64,000 nucleotides of DNA. Source: Pelomyxa schiedti. Lineage: Eukaryota; Protista; Evosea. Within the stretch, counting starts at the first letter, position 1; each line of letters begins with the position of its first letter. A program made the translations under genes and the position numbers. The notes under the pieces were generated by a model that saw only the letters and a program-made list of their open reading frames with translations, was not told the origin of the DNA and ran no database searches. The stretch lies in NCBI GenBank assembly GCA_020536535.1, contig JAHLWZ010000842.1, positions 1 to 64,000 on the forward strand. The letters are read 5' to 3'. Shown here piece after piece: positions 23,286 through 34,940 of this stretch.

Positions 23286-24500
23286 ATGGCGGCAGTTAAG
23301 GACTAGTATGTGTGTTGTTAGAAGGACAAGCCTTACTTGGAAACACAGTGACTATATAGTGAAATTACTTCTGGTTGGGGACTCGGGTGTTGGCAAGAGT
23401 ATTTGTTTCTTTTTTTTTTCCCTTGTTCTCCCAAAATTTGAATGGCAACAACTAATGGTTATTTTAGGTTGTCTTCTTATGCGTTTTGTTGTATGTTACT
23501 TTTTTGCTCCACACTAAGAATTTCTCTATAATCACTCATAAGGATGACGAGTTCACACCCTGCTATATCTCCACTATAGGAGTGGATTTTGTGCGTGAAT
23601 TTGATCGTCGTATCAGTTCTCTTTCTCCTTTGCACTAACTGAAGATAAGAAAATCAGGACGGTGCAACTGGAATCTAAGATACTAAAAACACAAATTGTA
23701 GGTCTTTTATTTAATGTTGTCATTAAATACAAGAGAATTATATAGAAAGATTCTTCACTAATTTCGTATTGGGAAAGTGGGATACTGCTGGTGAAGAAAG
23801 GTATAACTTGTCCTACATCCAATGACTCATCTTGGAACTAGATTTAGAACAATTACGACTGCATGTAATTCTAGAAAATGCCACCTCAAAATAACTCAAC
23901 TACATTGGAAGATTACAGAAACTGTAATGGGATGATTGTAGTATAGTGTGGCCGTTTCCTCATAAAAAGGAACCACTTACAGCTGTTTTAGTGATATCAC
24001 TAATAGCACAAGTTTCGATAATATTGGACATTGGCTTGGCGAAATAGAGAGGAATTGCTCAACTGCACCGTTGAGGATACTACTAGGCAACAAGGTTGGT
24101 TTTAGTTTTTAGTACAAAATCATTTGGCGTAACATTCTAAACACATTATTCCCATAATGTACCCGTATTAGTTGGACTTAGCCGATCCCAGCAGACAGGT
24201 AGAATATAGCCGGGCCAAAAAGTTTGCTGATGAACATGGGATCAAATTCTGGTGTGTACTGCCAAACACAAACCATACCCAACATTTGGCTCAAAAAGGG
24301 AGACATCATCCAAGGACTCCACAAATGTGGAGGAAGCTATTATGTCACTGCTTACTGACGTCAAGAGGATCAAGGAAGCTGAAGAAAGTGAATCCCAAAC
24401 AAGAACAACAGCAGCATCAACAAAGTCCTCCACTTCCGGTGTTTCCCTCATTGGGGGGAAAACCGACCCGTCGTCGCCCTCCCATCATTCTTGTTGTTGA
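23286..24500 (+). CDS. Rab GTPase (Rab1/Rab8-like), 10 introns
   Basis: GDSGVGKS, STIGVDFKIRT, WDTAGEERFRTIT, LLGNKLDL, ETSSK, C-terminal CC prenylation motif. Confidence 0.93.
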
Positions 24501-24653
24501 CCCGCCACCAATCACAAAGACACCCACCCAACGGTGGAGCCTGCAATTGGGGGTGTTCCTTGGAGAGCTCAGATCTCTAAAAAATGTTGAGCTTCGTTTC
24601 CCGTAATCTTGGGTCGCGATCATTTATCCGCCTGCTATTTTTGAACAGCGGAC

Positions 24654-27204
24654 ATGAAGTGCAACAAGCCACCGTGGAAACCCAGTACGCTCGTGTCACG
24701 TCTCAATTCCCGCCGTTTCTTCGAGTTTCCGTGTTAACCTTAGAACCCCGAATTTTTCATTTTTTTTTAACAACAGAGTGCGAGGCACCAACACTTAAAC
24801 AAACTTTGACGTCTCCGGAGTTGCAACAGCACTTTGCGGAATTTCTCGAGGGCGAGTATGCTGAAGAAAACTTGATTTTGTGGAATGAAGTGGAGGGATA
24901 CAGGAAGCTATCCCAGATGGGTTCTTCTCCTTCGGTAGTTTTTTTTTTTTTTTTTTTTTTTTACTTTAGTTGACAATTTTGGGAAAGGTTCTAAGGGAGG
25001 AGATAAGGAGAATTTTTGAGTTATATATCAAGCCTGACTCGGAGTTTGAAGTTAATCTGCCTGGAAATATCCCCAAAAGCATTGAAGTTTCTTTGGAGAC
25101 TTTCCCTCTAAATTCTTCCGGTGCTTCTGTGGAAGCCACTGCCCTCACTACAGAAGAGGAACTGCTTTACGAAGCTCAAGTGGAAGCTCACAACCTTTTA
25201 TTGTGTCACTCATTCCCAAGGTGGTTAAAGTCTGTTGAGTGGGCACCAAGTTTGTTCCCAAATTGGCTGTCCATGCATAATTAATGACAATCGCAGCCAA
25301 AGTGGAAGAGGCTCCACGTGGACCACCTGCCCCTCCTCCACCCGTGTGTATCCAAACCATTTCTGGATGGGGTTCCAATCTTTTATATAGAAAAGGAGTC
25401 CGCGGCCACCATCCCTTGCTATAACACTGGGAAACCCAGGCCTCCATAGAACTTTTAAAAAACACCTGTCAACTGCAGATCCTCGGATGTATGCTACTAT
25501 TTGCCTCTGGGAAACATTGGAGCAATTCTCTGCTCAGTCTTCTTCTACCCCACCAACAGTTTGCAATTTCTTGTGAAAGTGGCCAGTCCTCATTGAGTTT
25601 AGGAACTGAAGCGCGGAGCCAAAGATATTTTTGAAAAATATCTGAAACCGGGAACAACTCATTTCGCACCAATTAAGGAAGAGAAGAGGATACCAATAGG
25701 CAAGATGGTTTATGATTCTACGAGTTTAGTTGGTTTCAAGCCCTCGATGTTTCTCCAAGTGCAAGGTTTGTCTTAAGTAGCATTGTGGCAAAAATCACAC
25801 CAACAGATGATGCTTTTCAGCAGCTTCAAGTAGTCTACATAAAGTGGTGTAGCATGTTTGGGTGCTGGGAAGGGGTTCCTGCATCATCTGCAAATAGTCA
25901 AGTGACTCGCGTTAACCTCAAGAATTCTCGACGATCAATCATTATTCAAAGACCTTCTTTGGTACAATTGACTCCTTTTGATTATCCTTCACACTTCTCA
26001 CTCATCTTAGCCAGGTGAAAAGCAAGATTTTGATGGAGACAATCCTCCGTCGTTTGAACAAACAATGCAAAATATTTTTTTAAGGGCAAGGTGAGGGAGT
26101 TTTATTTGAACTCTCCCCTAATAGATAACAGATTTATGGACTATTTGAGGGCATTGGGGCTCCAAAATTTTGCCCACTTTTCGCAAGAGCTCGAGGAATT
26201 TGCCAATAATAAGCACCTCTCTCCAGAAGTACTTTTTCCTGTCCGTCTCTTTGAGACTGAATCCCTTGTAGGCAGTGCAAGCTCAGGCTTGTATATTGTT
26301 CCGGAAATACATCACATTTAAAGACCTCGAGGCCCAAGAACCTGTAAACCAACTTCCTATGTCAATAAGAGAGGACCTGCATGCGAGATTATTTACATCG
26401 TACACTCCTGGGTCAAATCCATGTGATTCTAGCTCAACCCCCTCAACACCAACACCCTCTCCGTTAGCACCTTCCGCTTCCCCAAATACTGCGACTCCTA
26501 CCTCACCATCGAGTGAGCCACCTGCACTTCCCGCTTCAACCTCTGGGGTAACCCGAGAAACCAGCGGCAGAAGGATAGTTACAGCGGCAGTATTTGACAA
26601 GGCTCGCGTATGGTGTCAACATCAGCTACAGGGAAAATACTTTGAGCTGTGGGCATCATCAATAGACGCATGGAGGGGTCCTTATCCTCCAATTGCGAAA
26701 CCAAGAGGTTGCTCCTTGCAATTTTGAACACACATATTAACTATCACAGCAAGTGTAAATCCAGATTCTTCCTGTGTATCGATCCTTTCAATGCCCGGCG
26801 TACTTCTGCCCACACTGGCATCCACCCCCAATAAACCACTGCGTCCTCCACCCTCTACTCTCCTTCCCGTAAAAGCCAAGACTCCAACGCAAGCCAACAA
26901 CTCCACTGACCCACAGCCACCATCATCACCCGTGACCAGCCATTACCAACCAACAACCAACATCACGCCGCGGAAGCAAGCCCCTTCGCCCCCAACATAT
27001 CTCGCCCCGGCTCCTCCGCATACCATAGCACAACCAACTCCAGAGAAGACAGGACTACCCTGTTTGATATCCCTCAACTTCAACAATGACCAACAATCAC
27101 AGCAACAATCCCCACCTCGCACAACAAGCACAACCACAGGAAACCCACGCCCAACATCCCCCTCATCATCGTCAACTTCAACAACAACCCATGGTGAGCT
27201 ATAA
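24654..27204 (+). CDS. Protein with three tandem RGS(-like) domains and a P/S/T-rich tail
   Basis: RGS1: HFAEFLEGEYAEENLILWNEVEGY...IFELYIKPDSEFEVNL...SFPRWLKS; RGS2: TFKKHL...ICLWETLEQF...AKDIFEKYL; RGS3: FMDYL...ACILFRKYI...VFDKAR. Confidence 0.75.
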
Positions 27205-27939
27205 GCAACTGGTAATCACGCAGGTCACAACTGTGTGGTTGTACTACATAACCATGTCATTATCTGTGTTGTACCGGAACCAAATGAGAGAGGAAAAAAC
27301 AACTCTTTTTCTCCCCCAACTCAAGCTAGCGTTTGAATTCCAAAAACAAACAAAAAAACCAAAAAAATTTTAATTGATAGGTCAGACCTCCACACAAGCC
27401 ATCCCCATTGATAGACCCATTGGTTGGCATCCAATCGGCCCTGGGGAACGATCTTCACAAGTTCACGCTCTGACTTGTGGGAATCAATGGCGGTCATCAT
27501 CCCTATTTCACTTATGGACTCATGACTTGGATTCGGCACAATACTCCAGAAATGATCTTGAGAGTATGTCCAGAATGTAACGCCTCCTCCTTTCGGAACC
27601 TTGTTTTGAGCCTGTGAATTTTACTCTTATGGGAGGAAATACTGGGTTTGTTTCTTGTGATGAGAACTTCTACTGAGAACTCTCTAACACAGTGCACAAT
27701 TCGGTAACCCCCACGTCGGCTATCATAATGCCGTCTCCGAAGTCAGATAGAATTCTCTCAGTTCTCTGATGGGCTGTCAAGTAGGGAGGAAGCAACTGCG
27801 ACCTGTCAATCCAAACAAGGAATTTACCAATACAGAATTTCTTTCCTTTATAAGGTTGACACAGACCTGTCAAACCAAAAATAAAATACAAGCAACAAAC
27901 CGAAAGCGAAAAACAATCAATTTTCAAGTTGGACGATAA

Positions 27940-29400
27940 GTGAGTACGGTAGTGGAAGAAGTGGCCATCGATGACTTCAATGACATGAACCTAAACGAAG
28001 AATTGTTGAGGTAAAACAAGTTTTTTTGTACTTTTTTTTGAGGACTCATTGTTCTGTAGGGGAATATACAACTACGGCTTTGAGAAGCCCTCCATGATAC
28101 AACAAAAAGCAATACACCCTCTGTGTGAAGGCCGCGACGTAATTGCGCAAGCTCAATCTGGAACAGGCAAAACAGGCGCCTTTACTATTGGAGCTCTGCA
28201 AAGGGTGGACCCTAATGCTGAAGGATGTCAAGCTCTCTTTCTATCCCCTACAAGGGAGCTTGCTAATCAGACGTACTCTGTATGTAATTATTGGCTTTTT
28301 TTCTTTGATACAAACCTTAATTTCGATGCAGGTCATTTCAGATATAGGCCAGAGACTACCTATTTCTTGTGCTTTGTTTATTGGAGGTCTTGGCATAAAT
28401 GCAAGTGAAGCTCGGAACTGTAAAGTGGCTGTAGGAACACCCGGCAGGGTATTTGACATGATATACCGAGGCTTCCTTGATCCGCGGACCATAAAAATTC
28501 TCATCTTGGATGAAGCTGATCAGCTCTTGGACAGGTTTTTTGGCCTTAAGAAATCCCCCTAGTAATTATTTCACAGGAACTTCAAAGAGCAGCTCTATGA
28601 TATTTTCCAAGCTCTCCCACGCCAAGTTCAGGTTGGGTTATTCTCGGCCACAATGCCGCCTGAAGCTATTGAGATAACCCACAAGTTCATGAACAATCCT
28701 GTACAAATTCTAGTCAAGGCCGAGGAATTGACTCTGGTGGGGATGAGGCAGTATTACATAGACGTTGAAAGAGAAGACGCAAGTGTGTAATAACGCGCCA
28801 CTTAATATAATTAATCTCTAACTGTATGCCTAGAACTTGACACTCTTTGCGACTTGTATGACACCCTGAGTATCTCCCAATCAGTCATATTTGCAAATTC
28901 CTGCAGAAAAGTACAATTCATTGCTGACCAGCTCCACCAGAGACACTTTACAGGTCAGTTTAATATCAACTCGCCATGCTGATTCAATATGGTAACCCAA
29001 ATAACAGTGTCTTGCACCCACAGCCAGCTGAGTCCAAAAGAGAGGATGTCAATTCTTAAAGACTTCAGGTCCGGCCATACGAGAGTCCTCATATCCACCG
29101 ATGTTCTGGCAAGGGGAATAGATGTGCAACAAGTCTCCCTCGTCATCAACTATGACCTCCCCCTAGACCCTGAGACCTACATCCACAGGTAATACATTTA
29201 TTACAATGACATGAACATTGAATTGTTGCATACAAGTCCCTAAACACACTCACAGGATTGGACGCAGTGCCAGGTTTGGCAGGAAAGGCGTAGCCGTGAA
29301 CTTCGCAACAGCAAGAGAGGAAATCAAACTACACCAACTGGAGAAAATGTATGACACCTCCATCGTCCCTATGCCAACCAACATAGCTGATTTCCTGTAA
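27940..29400 (+). CDS. eIF4A: DEAD-box helicase eIF4A; start codon unresolved
   Basis: [14 protein letters not shown]|[15 protein letters not shown] (Q motif), [56 protein letters not shown]. Confidence 0.95.
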
Positions 29401-29667
29401 ATACTTGAATAATAGTTAAAAATGCTGGCTTGAGTTTTAAGAAGAAAAAATGTGACGAGCTGTCAAGCGGGGTATCGGTGATCGTTGCGTTCGACTCAAT
29501 TGGGTGGAAGATAGACGAGGCATGGTGGGGTGGTTATTGGAGAAGGAGACTGAGGAAGAAGTGGCTGCGTATTTCGCAGGTAACACCAATTCATGAGGAT
29601 CCAGAAGTAGAGGCAGTGGCGACTACAAGTACTCCCTCAGTGTGATTGTGGATGCGGAACACTTGTT

Positions 29668-30105
29668 TCAGGGACTTGGCACTTTGCTTGTGGGGATTTC
29701 GTTGAGTGCAGCAGCTTGCTTTCCGAGTGCGTTCTGCTTTACAGCCTCGAGGGAAGTTGCCTGTTGCTCGAGTGCTCGTAGTTTGGAACTGGGAAGATAT
29801 TTGTGAAACGAAAGAAATAAGCAAAAGGTGAATGTAACTTCATCTGGCTCGAGAGTGATTCAAATGTCAGCTCCACAATGGAGTCAAACATATCTAGGGG
29901 AAATTGCTTACAAAAAAATACCAAGAAAAAAGCTGCAGCTTTTTTGAGGACATCTTGGACGTCAATGTGTAAGGGCACTTGGAAGGGTGAATCACAGTTG
30001 GCTGCCTCCGCGTAGAACAATGACACACAGCCAATAAGGACCAAAAATACTACCGAAACCTACAGTGGCAATATCCCACTCTCCATCCACTTCACACACT
30101 CTCAT
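29668..30105 (-). CDS. Small putative secreted protein with C-terminal coiled coil
   Basis: MR|VSVVFLVLIGCVSLFYAEA signal peptide after a 40-nt intron; last exon SKLRALEQQATSLEAVKQ...PSP*. Confidence 0.5.
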
Positions 30106-30283
30106 ACACACAACAATGGAAAACCCAAATGAAATCAGTTATTTAGAACCAGCAAAGAATTACCCCGTCAGCACAGATGTTCTTTGTTGTCGCTTAGCGG
30201 AAGCAGAAAAGAATGCATCTGAATAAGACCGGGGAAAAAAACAATAAAAAGCATTAATTAACGCTGGCTGCCTACGAGCCAAA

Positions 30284-31041
30284 ATGGCCGGTGTAAGTCT
30301 TCCCGTGAGAATGGAGGGACCTGTAATTGTGGGATTCGGCCGAGGAAGTTCGCTACTGGGCTTCCCAACCGGTATTGTTTTTTCCTCTCCAATTGCCTTA
30401 TTCCTTGTTGCACAACCTCTAATGTAATATTTAATATTAGCCAATATACCTACCGAGCAATATGACCAATTATTACCTGACTTCAAAGTTGGAGTGTATT
30501 ATGGATGGGCAACTCTTAACGGAGTTGTATGTTGTCCTTATTCGATAGTATTAACGAATCATTACATAGAGCATTAATTCTAGTCTCTGCGTCAAATAAA
30601 CTAATGAGAACAGGAACCTGTGTATGAAATGGCAATGAGTATTGGTTACAACCCGCACTTCAAAAATGAGAAGAAAACAATAGTGAGTTTCGTTTGCTCA
30701 TCCTTCCATTGCCTCCACGAGTCTCACTCAATTCCTTCTCTTGGTTACAGGAGGTGCACTTATTACATAAGTTTGAAGACAACTTCTATGGAGCACACTT
30801 AAGAATTGTTGTAGTTGGCTTCATCAGAGAGATGCGCAGCTATCCTTCTTTAGGCACATTGTATTCTGCAATTCTATTAAATTTTTTTGCCCTCTTACTC
30901 TTTCCAATCTCTAACACTGGGGTTCTCCCTTCTCCAGCCGCTTTGAAAGACGCTATTGCCGAGGACTGTGCCAAAGCAACTGCTTCACTACAATCACAAG
31001 ACTCAATTTCACTAAGAAACGACCCATTCCTGTTCGCCTAG
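30284..31041 (+). CDS. RFK: Riboflavin kinase (monofunctional)
   Basis: VGFGRGSSLLGFPTANI, GVYYGWA, MAMSIGYNPHF, EVHLLHKFEDNFYG, GFIREM. Confidence 0.95.
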
Positions 31042-31132
31042 ATGAATATAAGATAAAACCACATCCACAAAAAAAATTCTTTTTTTTTTTTTTACATTGA
31101 ATGGGTACAAGACAGAGGTCAATGCACCGTTT

Positions 31133-32058
31133 TCACCAACAAACCTCCCATTCTTTGCCATCTGTGGTTTGGTTAGTGAGATTAACTTCGGGGTTGTGTA
31201 CCTTCTGGACCAAACTTTCCAAGCAAAAGTAAAAACAAATCGGTAATCCACCACACACCTTTGCTATAAGTTATTCATTGCACCTTATCTGAAGGAAGAT
31301 ACCAAGCCCGCCTAGGGTCAGCATCTATTTCGGTTATAAGTGGGATCAAATGGTAAATAGTTGTGCCTTGAATACACCATAGCCACAGTGCCCAAGATAA
31401 AAACGGTCAATACCCAAAAATCCCAGAAACAGAGATAAAACGATGGCCTGTGGAATAAACATTAACAGACAACAATTATTGGCTACGAAAATACAGGGAC
31501 ATTAAACACCCACAGTTGGAAACTGCTTATTTGAAAATCTTTTTAATGGTGAATTTCATAGGAAATGTGATGGATAGTGTTACCTCCTACATTCCCAGTT
31601 GCCCACAATGAAGATTCTGGGCCCAACACAGCCGATCCCCTCCAGCACCTGGCATGAGGCATTTGCATAAACGCCCTTTTTCACCAGTCAAATTGTGATG
31701 AAGAAGAAAGTGTACTCCACACCGGACCATATTTCTGGCATCCAAGATATGGCTCTTCGCTCTCCTCGGCGTTGCACATTAAAAACTCGAAAGGCCTTAA
31801 CTCATAATTAGTCTGTCACAGCTTGCTAGCGGCCACTACGCACAGTTTAGTGCACAGCACATTGGGTGTGTTTACGTTGTATGTCTCATTGTCGCACATC
31901 AACAATGTGGTGTTGGTAGCATTGCCCCCAGCCACAAATGCACCAAGATCTGGGCAGTCTCAGTCAAACTCAACGACAACCCGGGGGCACAAGAAGAGAA
32001 AAAAAACACATGACGACACCAAGATCGCCAGGACGCCCAACGGACGCACTCCCCCCAT
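31133..32058 (-). CDS. TM2-domain protein (TM2D2-like)
   Basis: Signal peptide, Cys-rich ectodomain (CQVLEGIGCVGPR), LSLFLGFLGIDRFYLGHCGYGVFK|MLTLGGLG. Confidence 0.88.
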
Positions 32059-32147
32059 CAACTTGTTTTTTTTTTCTGTTTGTTTTCGGTGTCAAATCAA
32101 CCAGTGGATGATGGCCGCGGGGTTTTTAATTTACACTTGCCAAGTCC

Positions 32148-34367
32148 TCACCAGAATTTAGGCACCAAAATAGCAGGGTCAAACACTGGAGGCACTCTGA
32201 CAGGCATGCCAACTTGTTGTTCAAAGTGGTCAAAGGACTGATACAGGTACCCAGCACTGCGAATTGTAAACTCAGCTGACCACTTCTGCTGCGTGATTCT
32301 GGTCACTTTGGCGGCCTCTTCTGAGCGGGGAAAGCGGTGCTGCAGGAGTGCCAGGGGGCTGACATAGACCTTGAGCAGGGTGTATCGTTTGATGTCAAAC
32401 TCGATCAGGTCATTCAGCGAAGTAAAGGTACAGTGGGCCTCTTCTATAAGATAAAGAATGGTGGAGACGTGGAAGAACTGCACCATGAACGGAAACGGTA
32501 GAACCAACTCGCGGGTCGTATTGAGGGAAGGATGTTTCTTCAAGAACGATTGTACACCCGAGGGAGGGTCATGGTGCTCTGCAAGATATAAGTATTTGAG
32601 AACTTCTGATGAGGGTAATGTTTCAAAGTCTGTATGGCTTTCAATCCACTGAACTGTTTTTTTGTTAGGACAAAATCCATTGGGAGGAACTTTACATAAA
32701 ACGGAAGAAGACAGAGACATCCGTAACAATTTGCGTCTACCGGCGTGTTGCATATAAATAAAGAAGTCTGGAACTTTGAGGCATAGAATATCGAGAACCT
32801 CCAGGGCGCTGTTGGTTGTACGAAATCCTGTCGCATCAAGAATGGCTTTAAAATCATCCTCTGTCATGCCTCTAACAGACGGCACAAAAAAATGTTCCAC
32901 AATGTGCTGCAAAGGAGTTTTAGTGGTTGTGAGGGACATTACAATGTGTATTAATTCATTCCCTCGTGTCCAAATAGCCCTTGTTTAGAGATCAGTGGCA
33001 AGAAAAACTAGGGTTGTTACTTTGGATTCTCAAGTATCATGTGAAGCTCTTTCATTTCATAGAGTGAAAAAAGTTGCCGCAATACGGGGGTTATGTCCTG
33101 TGATATCCAGTCTTTTTCTTTAAGTTGATTGAACGGTAGGATTCTTGCGTCGTCGGACACGGAACGGCACAATATTGTCAAGAAATCTGGGATCTTTTCT
33201 GGGTGTGCAACAAAGAAGGAGCGAGAAACTATGGGCGACTGAACAGCGAAAAGTGTTGCTGTTTGCTGGAGTTCACCACTAAACCGGGTAGGGTCTGGTG
33301 GGCATTGGTCCGGAAGAAGTTGGAGTAAAGCTTCAGATGACAGCGCCGCCGCCTTTGGCAGAATGGAACTGCCTGCTGTGCTAATTAATTTCTGACACTC
33401 GCTTACCACTTGACGCCAAATCTGGTTTTGTCATCAAAAGTAGTGGGGAAGATAAATCACCTCAAAGGCTGTATTTCTGGTTATCATCTCGGAGAGCAAT
33501 AGCTCGACACTTTGGCGCGACACAACCTTCAATAGGAGACTTGCAGGGAGTCCGACTTCTGTAGGAATATGGGACATTGGCATTGAAAGGAGTAGTCGGA
33601 GAGGTTCTGGTGAAGAACACATCGCAGCACCAGCTATGCCTTGCTCGATGCACTTGGAGGATATTTTGCCTCTAGAAATGAATGCTTTGAGCTGCTCGAG
33701 ATAGCCCTATGAAGCTAGGTCACACATGGACCCACGTAAGCGAACTGTACTTGGGCTGCAGAGCTCTCAAAACATCGCGGGGATATTTCCACTGGATAGG
33801 AATCTAACAACCAATCTTGTAGATGTCGGTCACCCCTATCAGTTGCTTGGAAAAACAGCTCTGCAACCTCCGCATAAGATTGAGTTACAGTGTCACCATA
33901 AGCACAGCACTCATACCATTTTTGATGAAAGGTTGTAGTGTGCATTTAGTGTCCTTTTCATGCACCTGGGCGTTTCCCACATTTTCTATCACCAAATTCA
34001 GGAATATCGACAGAGAAAAGCAAAGCGAAGCAAAACGGAAAACAAATAAGGGAAAAGTGAGAAAACCAGGAGAAGAAAAAAGGGTTTCCGTGCTCCCTAC
34101 CTGAACATCGATGTTATGTGACCACACGACAGAAGTGCCCTTGGCCAAAACCTTCGCCGCCAACCTCGCGTTTTTTAGGCTGCACAGACACAAGCAAGTG
34201 TAGGGTTGTTTCCCGTCGGTAGTCCAGCCCTCATGGTGATCTCTGAATAAATGGCGGTTGTTGCAGTTTATCCCGGTAGGAGGCCACGTCAACGCCTCCC
34301 CAACGATCTGGAGCTCCTCCAAGATCCGCTCCAGGCCCGTTTCTGTTTGACTTGAGTTGCCTGCCGT
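32148..34367 (-). CDS. Hypothetical protein, weakly ankyrin-like; start uncertain
   Basis: ORFs 33885-34394, 33715-33945, 33434-33622, 33017-33409 and 32148-32939 can be linked through GT-AG introns. Confidence 0.6.
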
Positions 34368-34500
34368 TTTTTTTTTTCCCGTTTGGTTTCTCACTGTGTA
34401 GTGTTTTATTGGATTTTACGAGATTTTGACAAGGAAGCGAGATATGAGTCTTGGCACTGTGCGTTTCTCAACTAATCTTGTGCGTGTTGGTGTATCTCAT

Positions 34501-34940
34501 TTAGCTCTTGTTGGGTTGCTGAATGGTGTGGCTTTTACTCTTTGGAGGCTTGCTTCTTGTTGGGTCCTTTCTGGGCTTTTCTACAACAGGTTTGACCTTT
34601 GTCGTTTTCACGGCCGTGTCGACGGCAACGTCCTCCACAACGTCGATAGCATCGTGAACACCTGCAGGTGGTTTGGTCCAAGGGACGGGGGAAAAAAAAA
34701 ACGCAACAACCTAAAAATTGCACATACACGAAACGCACAAGTACAAAAAAGCAGTAAACGGAAATTCAAAAAGAAACAAGAAAAGAGAAAGAAAAAAAAA
34801 TAGGGGTGACTAGTACCAGAGGCCACGATGCCCTTTGGTGTTTCCGTTGCGGGGTGCGTGTGTGTCGGCTGCGCGTGCCTCACTCCTCCGACCTTGGCGG
34901 CGGGCGAGTGCCCAGGAACCGTCGTCTCTTCATCCGTCAT
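34501..34940 (-). CDS. DAP: Death-associated protein 1 (DAP1/DAPL1)-like, 94 aa, one intron (34662-34816)
   Basis: N-terminal GHSPAAKVGGVRHAQ versus DAP1 GHPPAVKAGGMRIVQ; PKGIVASG; C-terminal HTIQQPNKS* versus QHIQQPRK*. Confidence 0.8.

Noticed and set aside
27321-27927. Minus-strand gene from ORFs 27321-27539, 27512-27697 and 27670-27927
   Set aside because: No recognisable motif and no consistent splice path; kept only as an unexplained gap
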